Shown: positions 19,554 through 27,511 of the stretch, in pieces
How positions within the stretch are numbered: position 1 is the first letter of the stretch
Layout: each line of letters opens with the position of its first letter
Virus record (IMG/VR): IMGVR_UViG_3300037195_000203
Span: 1 to 49,022 of that record
Source: a virus
Lineage: Duplodnaviria; Caudoviricetes
Reading direction: 5' to 3' (one strand)
DNA: 49,022 bases
Notes under the pieces: model-generated
Database searches by the model: none
The model's input: only the letters and a program-made list of their open reading frames with translations
What the model was told of the DNA's origin: nothing
Program-made: the position numbers and the translations under genes

Positions 19554-19560
19554 CTCACCT

Positions 19561-19638
19561 TTGGGTAGCTTCGGCTACCCTATCGTAGGTGTAGCAATTG
19601 TGCTACATCTTAATTACTTACTAAAGGTATTACCTATG
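19561..19638 (+). repeat. Double-hairpin early-gene leader, copy 1
   Basis: GGGTAGC-TTCG-GCTACCC, then TGTAGCA-ATTG-TGCTACA, then RBS-TATTACCT-ATG. Confidence 0.85.
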
Positions 19639-19860
19639 ACTACATTATCTAACCAAGGTTACATCCTACGTTGTAACAACTCTATTGTCTGTGAACTCTA
19701 CACAGATATAGATGATGCTAAAGTAATAGCTCGTGAACTCCAAGATGAGTATCCACAAGCTACGCTGTCTTTACGTCGTTATGATGTTAACCTTGATGAG
19801 TTTGAATGGTTATGTATGGAAGATATGAGTAGAGAGATCTACTCATTTCTTAACAAATAA
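19636..19860 (+). CDS. Small early protein (74 aa; probable true start 19636)
   Basis: Conserved leader ends at ATG 19636; the track start at 19537 would run through the hairpins. Confidence 0.7.
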   Translation: MTTLSNQGYILRCNNSIVCELYTDIDDAKVIARELQDEYPQATLSLRRYDVNLDEFEWLCMEDMSREIYSFLNK

Positions 19861-19865
19861 CCTTC

Positions 19866-19940
19866 TTGGGTAGCTTCGGCTACCCTATCGTGGGTACAGC
19901 AATCCTGCTGTAGCTTATTAACTTTGGAGTATTACCTATG
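19866..19940 (+). repeat. Double-hairpin early-gene leader, copy 2
   Basis: First 26 bp identical to copy 1; second stem TACAGCA-ATCC-TGCTGTA shows compensatory changes. Confidence 0.85.
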
Positions 19941-20279
19941 TTTAAATTTACTAAAGCTACTATCAACGTCCTACAAGATGTATGTATTAAAGATTGGAAC
20001 ATTGATGCATATGGATGTGAGTCATGTACTAACATTACATTACTTGTACAGGATATACATGATGATTGTGTATCTATTGAGATGTCTAGCTATCGTTTAT
20101 CCTCTGTAAATGAATCTATTGTAGACGTACATGGTATAATCTTTGTACCTAAAGAGTTACTATACAGTAAGGGATTAAAAGCTGTTTGTTTACTTAATAA
20201 TAAACAGTTTCGAAAACTAACCAATGGTATGTCTCGTATGTCTCATCCTTTACAAGAGCTTGCAAACCTTTACCTTTAA
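19938..20279 (+). CDS. Early hypothetical protein
   Basis: GGAG RBS plus conserved TATTACCTATG leader. Confidence 0.7.
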   Translation: MFKFTKATINVLQDVCIKDWNIDAYGCESCTNITLLVQDIHDDCVSIEMSSYRLSSVNESIVDVHGIIFVPKELLYSKGLKAVCLLNNKQFRKLTNGMSRMSHPLQELANLYL

Positions 20280-20366
20280 CCTACATTTATTAAGGAGATA
20301 CCCTTCTAATGTATAACTATCATGTTATTGCTTACATTATCTATCTCACCTACTTGGAGACTTAAT

Positions 20367-20489
20367 ATGTCTATTTTATCTGATATACCAACACATCTAA
20401 CTTGGGTGCATAAAGCACTCGTAACCTTTGCTTGCACTAACATATATATTGTTAGTTGCTCATATATCTTATTTGGGAGAATGATATGA
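20367..20489 (+). CDS. Small hydrophobic early protein (40 aa), not in the ORF track
   Basis: GGAG RBS; ATGA overlap with the next gene. Confidence 0.5.
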   Translation: MSILSDIPTHLTWVHKALVTFACTNIYIVSCSYILFGRMI

Positions 20490-20743
20490 ATACTGTATCT
20501 ATACACTTTGATCCTATTGATCTTGATGTCTATAACCTTGAGAATTGTCCAGAGGGCGGACGTTATTATCAGTATCCAGAACCTATCATCGCTGATGATC
20601 CTTATTATGGAGATGGTGCATGGTTGTCTACCTTTGGTGATCATCATGCCCAGTTAATGATTAAACTTGAAGACCTACCTAAAGCTATTAACAAGCTTAA
20701 TGAGTTAGGTTTACTTCCACAACTCTTTGAGGTAATGCAATGA
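20486..20743 (+). CDS. Early hypothetical protein
   Basis: GGGAG RBS; ATG 20486. Confidence 0.65.
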   Translation: MNTVSIHFDPIDLDVYNLENCPEGGRYYQYPEPIIADDPYYGDGAWLSTFGDHHAQLMIKLEDLPKAINKLNELGLLPQLFEVMQ

Positions 20744-20835
20744 ACTATGTTGTAAGAAGTATCCGTCCACCAACCTTTGAAGAGTTAGTTATTGCGATAG
20801 CTCTAACTTACATCCTCTACCAATGGTTATTCTAA
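20740..20835 (+). CDS. Single-TM micro-protein (31 aa), not in the ORF track
   Basis: GAGG RBS, ATGA overlap; LVIAIALTYILYQWLF. Confidence 0.5.
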   Translation: MNYVVRSIRPPTFEELVIAIALTYILYQWLF

Positions 20836-20851
20836 CCACGTACTACCAACT

Positions 20852-20890
20852 GTTCCAAGCTCGTAACTGGATAGCCAGCCGAGCTGGAAC
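20852..20890 (+). promoter_or_regulatory. Irregular long hairpin upstream of RNAP1 (RNase III-like site)
   Basis: GTTCC-A-AGCTCG...CGAGCT-GGAAC with inner CTGG/CCAG. Confidence 0.5.
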
Positions 20891-20941
20891 TTCAACAACA
20901 ACGAATTAAAGTACTCATTCTTTATTTACAGGATTATTATT

Positions 20942-23020
20942 ATGTCTTCATCTAACAAGCAAGTAATCGCAGCAATAGCTAACTCTATCTCAACTGGTAT
21001 TGAAGCTGAAATTAACCAACAACGTCATGATGCTAACGATCGCATTGGAGCGCGGGAAGTAGCTCGTTCGTACATCAATGACAACTTATCTTCAATGCCA
21101 GAGCTAGTAACTGGTAAATATATTGTATCTTATCTAGACAACCGTGGTGAGAAGCAGTCTAAGGTACAGTCTAAGAACTTAGCTGTATGGTGTGTTGTAC
21201 TGCAAACTACTATTGAGACTGGCCATACAACAGAGGTGTTATTAGCATCTATTCTTATGGACTGGGCAAAGGATGAGTTCAATGAAGAGTGGGACAAGAA
21301 AGATACTCAAACCCTATGTCTTAAGTTTATTGAACATATGCGTGACTTGTGGATACTATCTGATAAACGTACCACTATTCAGTACGTCGATGAAGAGGGT
21401 GAAACCCAGACGGGTAAAGTTACAAAGTTGTGCCAGTCGTTCTTAGAACTCATGATGGATATTACGAAACATCTACGTTCTAACTCTCATATGTTGTGTC
21501 GTCCTTTGGTTAACCAACCCATGGACTGGACTGATAACCTCAATGGTGTCGGTACTAACGCTGGACTTAAACTCATCAAGGGCAACCCTGCTACTGGTGA
21601 TGCTATAGCCCAACCAGTACTTGATGCTGTAAACACACTACAAGCTGTTAAGTTCATTGTAGCACCTGCTATGATTGATACAGCTTATGACCTACTGGAT
21701 AACGCTGACTATGAAACAGTTGAAGAAGAACGGATGTACACCGAGATTACCTTACCTCGATACGAGAAAGAAAGTTTCTTCTTTCCAGTTACGATGGATT
21801 CACGTGGTCGTATGTACTATCGAGGAGGACTACTTACACCTCAAGGAACTGACTTCTGTAAAGCAGCATTCCAGTTCGCAGAGTCTATGCCTCTTGGATC
21901 TACTGGTCTTGATGCGATTTGTTTGCATGTTGCTAATTGCCTTGGTCATGACAAGCTTAGTTATAATGATAGGCTCGCTTGTATTGAGCAGTACATTGAC
22001 TGTGGTGACTTTGATGCTATCAATGATCACATTGATGTCGCTACTCGCTGGCCTAAGTCGGATGTGTTTCAAGCAACTGTTGCAATATTGGAACTAAAGC
22101 GCATCCTATTGTTAATTGAAAGAGGTGATGCTGTGTGTGATATACAGTCGAACCTTGTTTGCCATCAAGATGGTACGTGTAATGGTTTACAACATATGTC
22201 TGCTATTACTCGTAACTATGAGACAGCTAAGACAGTTAACTGCACAGCTAGTACTCACGATGATGATCCTCTGGACATCTATGGTATCGTTGCTACTGAA
22301 GCTACTAAGTCTAAAGCTCTATCGCCTGAAGCTGTGAAGCTTATGATGAAGTACGGACGTTCTATGGCTAAAGATGGTGTAATGATTACTGGCTATGGTG
22401 CTGGTGAAGTTACCGTACAGAATGGGGTATACAAATTCCTCGTTTCTAAGCACGAGAATGGGGCTGTGGCCAACGAAATTGGTAAAGCCTATGTGGAAGC
22501 CATGCAGTTTAAAGCTGCCGCTGTGAAGACGCTCACGAAGGCTGTGAAGAGTCGTGTTGAATCTGCTTTAGAGTTTGGACGCGAGAAGTTCCAATGGACT
22601 ACAGCAGATGGTTTTGTGGCTACTACAGAGTACAGAGACCTAGAAGTTAACAGAGTACGTGCGGGTGTGTTCAATGCATTAGTACGTAACATGCATCCAC
22701 TACCATTAGATGAAATTAAATCAATAGGGGCAATGGCTCCTAACTTCATACACAGCATTGATGCTACACACCTACGTATGGTGGTTAATGGTTGTGGTCA
22801 CGATCTTGTAACAATACATGATTCCATTGGCTCACATGCAGCTACATACTTTGATACAGCGACAGTAATTCGTAAAGAATTCGTAGCAGTACATGAGTAT
22901 GATGCATTAGAGAACCTATGTAAAAACATGGGTGTTGGTTCAAATCAAGTACGTACTCCGAAGTTTCGTGGTACCTACGACATTAACGAGGCACTAGAGT
23001 CCTCATACATCTTTTCATAG
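20942..23020 (+). CDS. Single-subunit T7-type RNA polymerase 1 (early, compact, thumb-truncated)
   Basis: DSRGRMY; motif A HQDGTCNGLQH; motif B RSMAKDGVMITGYG; PNFIHSIDATH; motif C IHDS; C-terminal YIFS. Confidence 0.93.
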   Translation: MSSSNKQVIAAIANSISTGIEAEINQQRHDANDRIGAREVARSYINDNLSSMPELVTGKYIVSYLDNRGEKQSKVQSKNLAVWCVVLQTTIETGHTTEVLLASILMDWAKDEFNEEWDKKDTQTLCLKFIEHMRDLWILSDKRTTIQYVDEEGETQTGKVTKLCQSFLELMMDITKHLRSNSHMLCRPLVNQPMDWTDNLNGVGTNAGLKLIKGNPATGDAIAQPVLDAVNTLQAVKFIVAPAMIDTAYDLLDNADYETVEEERMYTEITLPRYEKESFFFPVTMDSRGRMYYRGGLLTPQGTDFCKAAFQFAESMPLGSTGLDAICLHVANCLGHDKLSYNDRLACIEQYIDCGDFDAINDHIDVATRWPKSDVFQATVAILELKRILLLIERGDAVCDIQSNLVCHQDGTCNGLQHMSAITRNYETAKTVNCTASTHDDDPLDIYGIVATEATKSKALSPEAVKLMMKYGRSMAKDGVMITGYGAGEVTVQNGVYKFLVSKHENGAVANEIGKAYVEAMQFKAAAVKTLTKAVKSRVESALEFGREKFQWTTADGFVATTEYRDLEVNRVRAGVFNALVRNMHPLPLDEIKSIGAMAPNFIHSIDATHLRMVVNGCGHDLVTIHDSIGSHAATYFDTATVIRKEFVAVHEYDALENLCKNMGVGSNQVRTPKFRGTYDINEALESSYIFS

Positions 23021-23028
23021 GAGATATT

Positions 23029-23211
23029 ATGGTACAAGTTGGTAGTAAACATCCGAAGTCAGTAAGTAAATTAAATCATGAACTATTTACTAAAGCTAAA
23101 GAAATTATGGAAGATGATACAATCCCACAGACTGACTGGCATATGGGACTTGTAAATTTAAGTAACGTGATAGATTATCTTGAATCAAACTATAACATAA
23201 CACCAAAGTAA
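23029..23211 (+). CDS. Hypothetical protein
   Basis: AGGAG RBS directly after RNAP1. Confidence 0.6.
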   Translation: MVQVGSKHPKSVSKLNHELFTKAKEIMEDDTIPQTDWHMGLVNLSNVIDYLESNYNITPK

Positions 23212-23218
23212 ACTTAAT

Positions 23219-23292
23219 TTAGTTACTGGTACGTTAAATACGGCGAGACCTCCATTACTCTGAAAGGAGAGTGTACGCGTACCAGCAACTAA
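23219..23292 (+). promoter_or_regulatory. Long stem-loop (RNase III-like site or structured leader)
   Basis: TTAGTTACTGGTACG / CGTACCAGCAACTAA, one mismatch; inner ACTCT/AGAGT hairpin. Confidence 0.55.
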
Positions 23293-23317
23293 CCTTATTT
23301 ATTAACTGGAGAATACC

Positions 23318-23545
23318 GTGAAAATACAACAACACCCTAAAAACCCTGCTAACCAACCGTTTAATCTAGCATGGTTAGCAGGTGATGGTAAAATAAAATA
23401 TAAAGCCACCACCAAACGCAACCGCAAAGCGGGTAAACGTTTAAACGCCCGTATCAATGATCACGAAAAAACAGCCGCAGCGGCAGATGCCAGACCATTT
23501 GGTATAGGTAGTCGCGGTATGACTAAGCCGGGTTCGTTACAATGA
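23318..23545 (+). CDS. Small basic hypothetical protein
   Basis: GTG start with GGAG RBS; Lys/Arg-rich. Confidence 0.6.
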   Translation: MKIQQHPKNPANQPFNLAWLAGDGKIKYKATTKRNRKAGKRLNARINDHEKTAAAADARPFGIGSRGMTKPGSLQ

Positions 23546-23712
23546 ACCTTTACGTATTACTACTAACTATATTTTGTTCGACAACACTACTAGGTTATTT
23601 CAAGATATACACAGAGATAGCCTCTAGGAAGTCGCGCTTATGGACTGCGATTGATAGCGCATCCAATTTAGTAGTTCTAATTATTATCTTCGCGCTCCTA
23701 AGTGGGGCGTGA
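23542..23712 (+). CDS. Two-TM small membrane protein (56 aa), not in the ORF track
   Basis: ATGA overlap; MNLYVLLLTIFCSTTLLGYF...LVVLIIIFALLSGA. Confidence 0.55.
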   Translation: MNLYVLLLTIFCSTTLLGYFKIYTEIASRKSRLWTAIDSASNLVVLIIIFALLSGA

Positions 23713-23721
23713 ATACTATTT

Positions 23722-23800
23722 AAGTATTGTAAGTCTTCAGAAAGCCTCTCTACAACGGAGACCATAGCTCTAGTTGAAGGCTTACAGTACTTTTTTTTTT
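23722..23800 (+). terminator. 19-bp stem-loop followed by T10 (terminator and/or RNase III site)
   Basis: AAGTATTGTAAGTCTTCAG pairs with TTGAAGGCTTACAGTACTT using three G-U pairs; T run at 23791-23800. Confidence 0.6.
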
Positions 23801-23801
23801 A

Positions 23802-24010
23802 TCTGCGGATACATGGCGCAGAAGTATTTCGTTTGTTCAGCGAGAACTGAAGGAGCGAACTAAAGAGCTTTGTTAATACATTGTGGCTCTATAATCTCAA
23901 TTGTATAGAGGGTTATGTCGGTTTGTATCAACTACCTCGTAGAACAATAAGCTCCTAGACACGACATAAAAAGGTCAGAACCCGTCCTAAGCATGACGTT
24001 AAAAGGCTCA
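23802..24010 (+). ncRNA. Candidate structured non-coding RNA (hairpin cluster)
   Basis: Consecutive stems TCTGCG/CGCAGA, TTCAG/CTGAA (extended), CTCTATA/TATAGAG, TTATGTCG/CGACATAA, CGTC/GACG; no ORF. Confidence 0.4.
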
Positions 24011-24032
24011 CCAAATTCATTAAGGAGATACT

Positions 24033-24263
24033 ATGAAACAGACATTAAAAGCAAACGCAGTTTTTCCAGAAACAAATCTAACAGCACGAGGTAAAGAAGG
24101 TCCACGACATCCAGAGAGTTTTACTGGTGCTAATCGTACTGAATATAATCATAGTACTCATGGTACAGATAACTGGCGTGAACGTCATAACAATAAACCA
24201 GTACTTATAACACGCAGAGCTGTTACAGGTACATACGCAAACAGGATGGGATACAATGTATAA
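24033..24263 (+). CDS. Hypothetical protein
   Basis: TAAGGAG RBS. Confidence 0.65.
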   Translation: MKQTLKANAVFPETNLTARGKEGPRHPESFTGANRTEYNHSTHGTDNWRERHNNKPVLITRRAVTGTYANRMGYNV

Positions 24264-24411
24264 ATTAACCAAAACAGAAAGAAAGTTAGCAAAGAAATCC
24301 CCGAAACATTTACAAGCAGCCAAAGATTATAAACAACAAATAATTAATAACGGCTACGTGAAGATTGAAGCACTAATCTCGTCTTACCTAGACAGAGGTT
24401 GTACTCCATAG
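24256..24411 (+). CDS. Small basic protein (51 aa), not in the ORF track
   Basis: Overlaps the upstream stop; MYKLTKTERKLAKKSPKHLQ... Confidence 0.5.
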   Translation: MYKLTKTERKLAKKSPKHLQAAKDYKQQIINNGYVKIEALISSYLDRGCTP

Positions 24412-24488
24412 AGAAGTAGGTTCTTCTCGTCGACGAGCTGACCCGTTAGACTAGCTCACTAACATAACGACACATACAGGAAAAATAT

Positions 24489-24947
24489 ATGTCAGAAGTA
24501 GAAGCAACACCAGCGTTCGATTTAGGCGCACTAGCAGCACTAGCAGTAGTAAACAATAACAAAGCAGGTAGCGGTGGTGTTCCATCATTCAAGCTAAGTA
24601 TTGAAGCTGCCCGTGACGCTATCGTTTGTAAGAACGGCAACCGTCGCCAAGTAGAAGGTGCTCCACAAGCACTAACATTAAGTCTTGGTCGTGTAACTCT
24701 TGATCTATCAGCAGTAGGTGTAAAGAATGCTACCCGCATTAACGTACCTGAAGCAGATGTAGAGAACTACACAGGTCAACTACTTGCAGCAGTGCAAGCA
24801 GGTATCTTTGATGATGCTATTAAAGCCGCTCAGTTCAAAGCTGACCCAGCTAACCGTAAACCTGTAGAGAAGGTTGTGGTAACGGAAGATCAACTAGATC
24901 CTCCAGCAGATGTAGACCTTGATGCTATCGACTTGGAAGAGTTGTAA
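24489..24947 (+). CDS. Hypothetical protein with acidic C-terminal tail (possible ssDNA-binding or transcription cofactor)
   Basis: Tail EDQLDPPADVDLDAIDLEEL; codon usage resembling highly expressed genes; followed by a hairpin. Confidence 0.7.
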   Translation: MSEVEATPAFDLGALAALAVVNNNKAGSGGVPSFKLSIEAARDAIVCKNGNRRQVEGAPQALTLSLGRVTLDLSAVGVKNATRINVPEADVENYTGQLLAAVQAGIFDDAIKAAQFKADPANRKPVEKVVVTEDQLDPPADVDLDAIDLEEL

Positions 24948-24958
24948 GCTTTACCTTT

Positions 24959-24978
24959 AGGGAGTGTAACAGCTCCCT
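24959..24978 (+). terminator. Hairpin after the acidic-tail gene
   Basis: AGGGAGT-GTAACA-GCTCCCT; weak U-tract. Confidence 0.45.
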
Positions 24979-24989
24979 TAGTTAAATAA

Positions 24990-25056
24990 TTAGTATACTT
25001 AGACATGTGGACGGTGGTGGGTATTGTTTAGGAGTCCACAGCTCTAAGTATATTGA
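24990..25056 (+). promoter_or_regulatory. Long interrupted stem (RNase III-like)
   Basis: TAGTATACTTAGA/TCTAAGTATATTG plus TGTGGAC/GTCCACA. Confidence 0.6.
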
Positions 25057-25070
25057 CTAGAGGAAGTATT

Positions 25071-25331
25071 ATGGTACATTTAAGAGAAGTAACTAAGAAG
25101 AAAACGGCTCATAGAATTTTGTATGATGCACTAAGTCCAGAACATTACGCACAATATTGTAGAGATGTTAATAAAATGAGTCCTAGGGCAATGATGGAAA
25201 GCAAACCTCATCATATCCTAAATTATACTACGGATTTATTAGATGTTTGGACCACTTATTGGCAACCTATTTATTATCAATTAAAGGAAGGAACTTATGT
25301 TTGGGAAGGAACAACCACATATCAACAATGA
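25071..25331 (+). CDS. Hypothetical protein (probable start 25071)
   Basis: GAGG RBS before ATG 25071. Confidence 0.55.
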   Translation: MVHLREVTKKKTAHRILYDALSPEHYAQYCRDVNKMSPRAMMESKPHHILNYTTDLLDVWTTYWQPIYYQLKEGTYVWEGTTTYQQ

Positions 25332-25399
25332 AGACGATGTAGGTGATCTCATTAAAGAGATACACAACAAAGAGCAAATAACCTTAGAGGTTCAAGAGA

Positions 25400-26197
25400 A
25401 TGTCATGGTTAGAGACAGCAAAGAACCTACCAGTAGGACACAAGACAAGAGCTGATTGCCCTGAATGTGGAGCTGGTACTAACACTAACGCTGCTATTGT
25501 TAACCATTCACACAAAGCATACAGTTTATATTGTAATGCATGTGGAGCTAACCCCTTTGAACTAAAAGGTAAGTTATCATTAACAGAACTAGCACACATA
25601 AGGAGCTTAAATGAGCACGCTAAACAGCCATTACGAAGCATTGCATTACCACGAGACTTCAGTACCGACATCCCAAGAGAAGGAAGAAGTTGGCTCTACA
25701 AGGCTGGAATTACAGAGTCTATCTGGCGAGAGTATAATATCGGCTATTCAGAAGCTATGCGAAGAGTTGTGCTCCCAGTATACAACAAAGCAGGTAATCT
25801 TATATGGTTCCAGTGCAGAGCAGTTCTTGAAGGACAGAAGCCTAAGTATATACAACCTAGCAGAGATAGAAGTGAAGTCTTGTTTTACAGTAGAAGAGAT
25901 AAAACTGGCGATAGCAAAATTGTATTGGTTGAAGACATTATGTCAGCCATTAGAGTGGGAAAGCAGACACCTACCGTATCGCTCCTTGGAACAAAAATTT
26001 CAAGCTATCAAGCAAACATCTTATCACAGTACAACACCGTATATACGTGGCTTGATAGCGACAGAGCAGGAGTTAAAGGTGCAGCACTCATTAGAAAGCG
26101 TCTTGGACTTACTACAGATGTTAGAAACATCACGTCTAGTAAAGATCCCAAGTACTTAACAGACAACAAGATAAGAGAGAAATTAAATGAAAGTTAA
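25400..26197 (+). CDS. DNA primase (Zn finger plus TOPRIM)
   Basis: CPECG...CNACG; PKY; LVEDIMSA; WLDSDRAG; KDPK. Confidence 0.92.
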   Translation: MSWLETAKNLPVGHKTRADCPECGAGTNTNAAIVNHSHKAYSLYCNACGANPFELKGKLSLTELAHIRSLNEHAKQPLRSIALPRDFSTDIPREGRSWLYKAGITESIWREYNIGYSEAMRRVVLPVYNKAGNLIWFQCRAVLEGQKPKYIQPSRDRSEVLFYSRRDKTGDSKIVLVEDIMSAIRVGKQTPTVSLLGTKISSYQANILSQYNTVYTWLDSDRAGVKGAALIRKRLGLTTDVRNITSSKDPKYLTDNKIREKLNES

Positions 26198-26375
26198 ATT
26201 TACGTTAGGTGTTACTAAACCTTGGTTAACACCTAACAAGGAATATGATGTTATACCTGAAGAAGAAGCACTCGCGTTCTCTATAATAGATGACGTTGGT
26301 GATGAAATATATTGTTTATTTGAAGATTGTGTATATCTAAATGGTGGGGATTGGGAGATCGTAGAAGATGATTAA
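26187..26375 (+). CDS. Small hypothetical protein (SH3-like beta domain)
   Basis: LTPNKEYDV...IIDDVG...WEIV. Confidence 0.65.
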   Translation: MKVKFTLGVTKPWLTPNKEYDVIPEEEALAFSIIDDVGDEIYCLFEDCVYLNGGDWEIVEDD

Positions 26376-26451
26376 TTTCACAACATTAGATTTACTATTT
26401 ATATTCGCAACAGTAATGTGCATATTTATTGCACTAGGAGCAAAAGGATGA
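26368..26451 (+). CDS. Single-TM micro-protein (27 aa), not in the ORF track
   Basis: MINFTTLDLLFIFATVMCIFIALGAKG; overlaps both neighbours and fills the gap exactly. Confidence 0.5.
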   Translation: MINFTTLDLLFIFATVMCIFIALGAKG

Positions 26452-27038
26452 AGATAAAAACATATGCAAGTAATTGGTATATTACAGCTAATAAAGAGTA
26501 CGAAGTAACAGAAGAAATGACTGGGCTGTGGCGGATAATAGATGATGCGGGCAGACCCATACACATCGGTAAAGACTATAGTTCACACACTAATTCCGTA
26601 TGGGAAGTAGTATCACAAATAGCACCACATGAAGGTCGTGAATTAGACCTAGTACTAGCAGGTACAAAACCTATGGGACTCATTGAGAAAGCTAAAGACC
26701 CAGAGCAATACCAACGCCTATATGACATAGCAGACCTCAAACGTTTACGCTTTATGTTAGTAGAAGAGGGTACAGTAGTCTTTGCATTACTACCTAACAG
26801 GGGATTACTAGTTGATTACTATAACCTCGTTAATGGTAAGACTGTAGTTAAAGATAATAAGGAATACCAAACCTTAATGGGTAGACTCTTTGGATATACT
26901 GAAGAAGAAATCACAGCATTTATTAACGCAGACATACAATGTAACTGTAGTAACTGTCAGGGTGTACAAGGTAAAGCACCCGTGATTAAAGCTTCAGCTA
27001 GAGCGTTATCACCAGCATTTGCGGTAGGTGGGGTATGA
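26448..27038 (+). CDS. Two-domain hypothetical protein; N-terminal domain paralogous to 26187..26375
   Basis: ITANKEYEV...IIDDAG...WEVV, then HEGRELDLVLAGTKP...GRLFGY; start 26448 has GGAG RBS. Confidence 0.7.
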   Translation: MKIKTYASNWYITANKEYEVTEEMTGLWRIIDDAGRPIHIGKDYSSHTNSVWEVVSQIAPHEGRELDLVLAGTKPMGLIEKAKDPEQYQRLYDIADLKRLRFMLVEEGTVVFALLPNRGLLVDYYNLVNGKTVVKDNKEYQTLMGRLFGYTEEEITAFINADIQCNCSNCQGVQGKAPVIKASARALSPAFAVGGV

Positions 27039-27511
27039 AAACATTTACAGCCGGGGAACGTATGGAACAGTGTCGTATAGAAGAAGCTTACAAACAAGGT
27101 GCAGTTATTGAAAAACGTAAACCCGATGCATTCGGTAGACGATATAGAACATGGTACATTGGTGAACGAACACCAGCATTTAATTGGAAAGAAGGTTGGG
27201 AATATAGAGTTAAAGAACCTGTTACACATAGACCATCAGCAGCACCTATACATAAAACTAAGGAACAAAAAATGAAAACAGAAACAATTACAACAGTTAG
27301 CGGTTACGATGTTAATACAATTAGTATAACACAATTAGTTAACCTAAAAACAAAAGCAGAAGTATCAGTAAACGCCTGTAATGCCAACATAGAACACGCA
27401 CAACAGCAGATCGAAAATCATAAAGCTGCTATTAAAGACCAACGTCAGAAGCTTAAAGAAACCAAAGCTTCTCTAGTAGTACTTAACCGAGCCATTAGAG
27501 AGAAAGTATGA
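27035..27511 (+). CDS. Hypothetical protein with C-terminal coiled coil
   Basis: ATGA overlaps on both sides. Confidence 0.65.
   Translation: MKTFTAGERMEQCRIEEAYKQGAVIEKRKPDAFGRRYRTWYIGERTPAFNWKEGWEYRVKEPVTHRPSAAPIHKTKEQKMKTETITTVSGYDVNTISITQLVNLKTKAEVSVNACNANIEHAQQQIENHKAAIKDQRQKLKETKASLVVLNRAIREKV

Noticed and set aside
19141-19940. Repeats as a CRISPR mini-array
   Set aside because: Only two copies of each repeat, irregular spacing (the long ones are separated by whole genes), and no cas genes.
20942-23020. RNAP1 as a decayed pseudogene
   Set aside because: The ORF is uninterrupted, has an RBS, and retains all catalytic motifs and the aromatic C-terminus.
25297-25455. Possible small ORF MFGKEQPHINNEDD... 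bridging to the primase
   Set aside because: It overlaps both neighbours substantially and has no recognisable features; it has a plausible RBS but too little support to list.
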